Positions 60,167-64,000 of a stretch of 64,000 bases of DNA are shown here, one piece after another. Each line of letters begins with the position of its first letter. The first letter of the stretch is position 1. Position numbers and translations under genes: made by a program. Location: contig CAYMIA010000003.1 of assembly GCA_964390595.1 (NCBI GenBank), positions 17,727-81,726 on the forward strand, written 5' to 3'. This stretch comes from an uncultured Gammaproteobacteria bacterium (GTDB taxonomy: Bacteria > Patescibacteriota > Microgenomatia > Daviesbacterales > UBA10151). The notes under the pieces were generated by a model that was not told the origin of the DNA, did no database searches, and saw nothing but the letters and a program-made list of their open reading frames with translations.

Positions 60167-62284
60167 ATGGAACATTCCACAGAAAAACAAACCCTTAATC
60201 CAATTGCCCAAAGAGAGCAGGAAATTAGCCAGCTTCAGGCCGAAATTTTGCACAGACAACAAATCATCGCTAAATTTGGTAAAAAAAGCCGTCTCGCTCA
60301 ATCCATCACAATAAAGCAGCTGGAAAGAAAAATTGACAAACTTCAAGATGAATTAAGCAGCTTTTACTCACTAAGAAGAGATGTTCCAGTTGTGGAACCC
60401 CCTGTCTCTATTGGTTTAGCTGAGCCTGAGCTAACTTCTAGACCTTGTGTTCCATTTGAAGAAGTTACTCATATCGTTTCTGGATCAGAAATTATAATTT
60501 CCACAGTTACTCCAGTCGAACTAAGTTCTGAATCAGAAATTGATGAAATTATCCGCTTATATCAAGAATTAGGTCGGGAAGTTCCCAATAATATTTATTC
60601 AATGGATCAGGAGAGCCGAAGAAGGTTGCTCCAAGCTTTAAGGATAGCTAAAAAAATCCCAGCCGATTTAAGAGACCATGTCAGTTCAAATAGCTATGCT
60701 GAAACTCAACGAATTCCTCTAAATGATCAACCAATTGAACCAACTCCAGCGAGAAGAGAGCCAGTTTCTCCCCGCCCTGAGGATGACATAGAAATTCCCC
60801 CATTCTTGAGGAGATCACACTTTATTCAGAGCGACCAGCCTACTCCAGCTCCAGAGGTAGCAGAAATCATTGAGGCTGAAGAAGAAGGTCGTGCCGCTGC
60901 TCAAGCTGCATCCACTGATTTGCAAGCCCTCTTTGCTTCTCTGCGCATCCCAGAGCCAGAACCAAATAGAGATGATATTGTAATACCTCCATTTCTGAGA
61001 CGACTTCCAGTTTTGGAACAAGCTCCTGATCCAGATCCAATCATACGTTTTGAACCAGAGATTAAGGTATCCGAGGATGAACCCAGGGAAGAGCTGTCAG
61101 CGGACAGGCTTTGTGAAATTATCGATGATGAGTATCCAAAAGATGGCACCCTTTATCTTCATCGCCACATTCAAGATTTTTTTCCCGAGTATCGAGCCCA
61201 ATTCCCAGGCCTGAATGATTCAGTTCATTTTTTCAGATGTCTGGGTCAATCCCTTCATGCCACTGGTAATAGGAATTTGAGTGATAAAGCAGCTCTGGCC
61301 TTTGAGTATGCCTTTGATAATTCCGAGGATGATGAATTAGTTGATGCAGATGGCACTCCTGTTAGAGGAAAGGCCATTGATGCTATTTGGTGGGTTGATG
61401 CTGCTCATAGTCATGTCAGTCAACCGATGTGGACCCCTGCACGTTCTGTCTGGCTTCAGCTAAAAGAGGCTACTATCAGAGAAACAAGAGTGGTTATTGA
61501 GGAGCAAATTGCCAATTGCCAAGCTTTATCTCCTAAAGCCAAGAATTACAAACAAACTGAATCTGCTCTTAAAAAAGCCCGCAAACAAGCCAGGGATCTC
61601 GAACTTTGGCTGGAAGCTTCTGAATCTAAGTTAGAGCCAGAAACCGCACCAAAGGGCAGAGACCGATTTAACTTCTTTAAAAGAAATAGACAAGGTATCC
61701 TTTTGGCTGCCGGCTTAACTGTTTTGTGTTGCTTAGGTGGTCTAACTTCAGCCTCTGTGGTCGAGGTAGTAGCACCCTCATCAGCTCCCAGGGCTGAACA
61801 GGTCACTCCAACCAGCTTAGCAACTGCTGTCAATGTTGCTCCTTCAGTTCGCTCAACTGCTACCCCTACTAAAACCCCCATTATTGTTCATGGAACTCAT
61901 ATAGTGACTAATCCCAATATAGTCAACTCCCCAATCGAAGATATTAAAACTTATGAGAAGCCAGATGTTCTATTTGGTGATAAATCTAGCCTCAATGGAC
62001 TGGCTCAATCATTAATGGCTAAATATTCCTTTGGCATTGATGACTTTCAACCCAATAGCCCTGACGAGCAAACCAGATATAATTCAATGGTCAGATTTGA
62101 CCAAGCCTACTACAAGAACGCAGACGGGCATGATGTTTTTGTCAAATTAGTCGAAGAAGATTTAAGAGCTGTCAACGATCAACTAGTCTTTGATTCTGGC
62201 AATCCAGATCTCTTTTACCATAATGGAATAGCAACTGTCCAAGTGCCTGAACAGACTATTGCCGCGCTAAAGACTCTTAAGTAA
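60167..62284 (+). CDS. Large single-pass membrane protein with two DDIxIPPFLRR motifs; C-terminal domain shared with 62350
   Basis: 705-aa ORF; promoter TTGCTT-17-TATAAT; N-terminal coiled coil, Pro/Glu-rich region, TM near aa 510-530. Confidence 0.8.
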   Translation: MEHSTEKQTLNPIAQREQEISQLQAEILHRQQIIAKFGKKSRLAQSITIKQLERKIDKLQDELSSFYSLRRDVPVVEPPVSIGLAEPELTSRPCVPFEEVTHIVSGSEIIISTVTPVELSSESEIDEIIRLYQELGREVPNNIYSMDQESRRRLLQALRIAKKIPADLRDHVSSNSYAETQRIPLNDQPIEPTPARREPVSPRPEDDIEIPPFLRRSHFIQSDQPTPAPEVAEIIEAEEEGRAAAQAASTDLQALFASLRIPEPEPNRDDIVIPPFLRRLPVLEQAPDPDPIIRFEPEIKVSEDEPREELSADRLCEIIDDEYPKDGTLYLHRHIQDFFPEYRAQFPGLNDSVHFFRCLGQSLHATGNRNLSDKAALAFEYAFDNSEDDELVDADGTPVRGKAIDAIWWVDAAHSHVSQPMWTPARSVWLQLKEATIRETRVVIEEQIANCQALSPKAKNYKQTESALKKARKQARDLELWLEASESKLEPETAPKGRDRFNFFKRNRQGILLAAGLTVLCCLGGLTSASVVEVVAPSSAPRAEQVTPTSLATAVNVAPSVRSTATPTKTPIIVHGTHIVTNPNIVNSPIEDIKTYEKPDVLFGDKSSLNGLAQSLMAKYSFGIDDFQPNSPDEQTRYNSMVRFDQAYYKNADGHDVFVKLVEEDLRAVNDQLVFDSGNPDLFYHNGIATVQVPEQTIAALKTLK

Positions 62285-62349
62285 ACTTCTTAGGTAATTC
62301 TTACCCAGCCATTACCAATCCCTAGATCTTATAGTTTATTATTTACTTC

Positions 62350-63696
62350 ATGATTGAGGCAGCTAGAATCTATCCAGCCACCCCAGACAACCTTGATTAT
62401 TATAAAAAATTGGGCTTTGCCAAAGAGCTAAGAGAGACTATCTTTGCCGATATTAAACAAAACGGTTCAAATCAACAAATTGACTTCATTCTATCTCAAG
62501 TCAACCAAGCCCTGCTAAATGTTGAAGATGACTCAGTTAGCTTGACGGATTTAAGATCCCAGATTGATCAGATAGTTAACCCCCTTCCTGATAATGTTAT
62601 TCAATTTTCAGGCCGGTCTAAACAGCCCAAAAAGTTTACACCTGTCTCTGAAATTCTACAGCCTCCGGAAGTCCTACCTCCTCCAATCGAAAGACCACAA
62701 GAGCGCTGGTGGAATAATCTTAGGAATATTATTAGAAGCCGTAGAACTACATCTACCTCAGGTCCTGGAGGGTCAACAACAAGTAAAAGTACCTATACAT
62801 CAAGTGCCAGTCCCCCCGTTGGACCCACAGAGCCTCCTAGTCCGTATATGGCGTGGGTAGCCCGCGCAGCTGGCATCTCAGCGGTTTTACTTCTATTAAT
62901 ATATGGCGCATCTACCGGTGGCTTTGAAAGATTTGATAAGGATACCAGAGAATTTGCCAATTCAGTCGCAGCTAGATTAAATTTAGTTGATGAAAAAACT
63001 AAGGTAGGTGTCAACGCTCTTGCTAATGCTACAGTTCCACCCCCACCCTTAAAAGTTGAACCTCCCCAAGTTAATATTAATGTGCAACCTCCTCAAGTTG
63101 AACCGGCCAAAGCTCAACCTCCGTTAAACCTAACCAGCCCCGTTGTGGAGCCTGGCTTAAATCAAAAATTAGAAAATAGTCAAATAGGCGGCCAAAAAGT
63201 TGGTATGCGGTTTACTGAATATAGAGATCCAGACGTCTTTAGACAAGGTTTAGACAAACAAGACTATGATAGCGACTTCTCCAGCCTAAAAGGCCGGTCT
63301 GAGGCCATTTGGGCGATGGATTGGGCAAATATCCATGATTTTAGACCCAATGACCCAGACGAAAGAGTCAGGTTTGCTTCAATGGTCCGTTTTAATGACG
63401 CCTGGAAAACTGAACCAGGTATGAGTGAAGCACAAGCGATCGCCCTGCACAAAGAGCAAGTTCTCAGAATGAGAAACGCAATTAAGGGCGAAACTTTGCA
63501 CTGGATGGAAGATTACCGGCCCTTTTACAATCTCAGTAATGCACCAGATTATCCGTTCATCCACGTCGGGAATGCCCAAGCTGGTACAGTGGATTACTTG
63601 ATTTTTCGAAAAAACCCTCAGGGAATTCCCAACAAAATCGTTGAACCAGCTAACCCCAAAGCAGTCTTTGAAACTGCCAAAAAGAATTTCGCCTAA
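62350..63696 (+). CDS. Single-pass membrane protein, paralog of 60167 in its C-terminal domain
   Basis: PDV...SSL.G...I.DF.PN.PDE..R..SMVRF shared with the upstream gene. Confidence 0.8.
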   Translation: MIEAARIYPATPDNLDYYKKLGFAKELRETIFADIKQNGSNQQIDFILSQVNQALLNVEDDSVSLTDLRSQIDQIVNPLPDNVIQFSGRSKQPKKFTPVSEILQPPEVLPPPIERPQERWWNNLRNIIRSRRTTSTSGPGGSTTSKSTYTSSASPPVGPTEPPSPYMAWVARAAGISAVLLLLIYGASTGGFERFDKDTREFANSVAARLNLVDEKTKVGVNALANATVPPPPLKVEPPQVNINVQPPQVEPAKAQPPLNLTSPVVEPGLNQKLENSQIGGQKVGMRFTEYRDPDVFRQGLDKQDYDSDFSSLKGRSEAIWAMDWANIHDFRPNDPDERVRFASMVRFNDAWKTEPGMSEAQAIALHKEQVLRMRNAIKGETLHWMEDYRPFYNLSNAPDYPFIHVGNAQAGTVDYLIFRKNPQGIPNKIVEPANPKAVFETAKKNFA

Positions 63697-63725
63697 TCCT
63701 TCAAATTTAGTTATACTAGCTTTAA

Positions 63726-64000
63726 GTGACCTATTTTATTTTACTAATTGCTGAGGTACTCTCATTGTTTGTTTTATCTAGGTTTCTAAGCCGGGCTTTA
63801 TCTGAGCTGATTTATAGATTGACCCATTCACATAAAATCGTGATCTATTCACTTGCTGCGCTCTTTTTACCTGGAACAGTTATTCATGAAGCAGCTCATG
63901 TTCTTGTAGCCAATCTGTTGCTTGTGCCAACTGGCAAAGTGGAATTTTTGCCAGTCTCTGAAGGCGAGGTAGTTAAACTGGGAAGCGCTGAAGTAGCTCA
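63726..64000 (+). CDS. Membrane metalloprotease-like protein (M50-like HExxH), 3'-truncated
   Basis: GTG start after TATACT; hand translation ..LFLPGTVIHEAAHVLVA..KLGS; runs off the window. Confidence 0.7.
   Translation, partial: MTYFILLIAEVLSLFVLSRFLSRALSELIYRLTHSHKIVIYSLAALFLPGTVIHEAAHVLVANLLLVPTGKVEFLPVSEGEVVKLGSAEVA

Overview
AT-rich bacterial chromosome segment, standard genetic code (TAA, TAG and TGA all used as stops). Gene content and style point to a Patescibacteria/CPR genome, probably Microgenomates (inference): type IV pilus locus with no secretin, minimal holB, one Xer recombinase, LCP protein, few Shine-Dalgarno sites. From left to right: (1) a PaaK-like ligase / ThiF / Acg-nitroreductase / 7TM histidine kinase / response regulator operon that looks like a small-molecule signal synthesis and sensing unit; (2) housekeeping genes (RluA, Kef antiporter, LCP, yebC, ruvC); (3) a ~960 bp intergenic region with a dif-like 11-6-11 palindrome; (4) a 13 kb cluster of eight exported proteins with 3 dockerin-like and 3 cohesin-like domains, a clan GH-A glycosidase, CBM-like modules, a shuffled 8-Cys module, a shared unusual N-terminal anchor motif and an LPxSG sorting signal, suggesting a cellulosome-like surface scaffold; (5) xer, nfo, an ABC-2 exporter, gyrA, murA, gyrB (in-frame amber codon) and holB; (6) a complete type IV pilus locus with two minor-pilin sets, hairpin inserts and heptamer repeats in pilin leaders; (7) trmD-khpA-rpsP-rnc-acp-nusB-rpmF-recG, where the ACP lacks its phosphopantetheine Ser; (8) two paralogous membrane proteins, one carrying two FtsZ C-terminal-peptide-like motifs. 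Many genes appear leaderless. All domain calls come from motif recognition by eye; no database searches were run.
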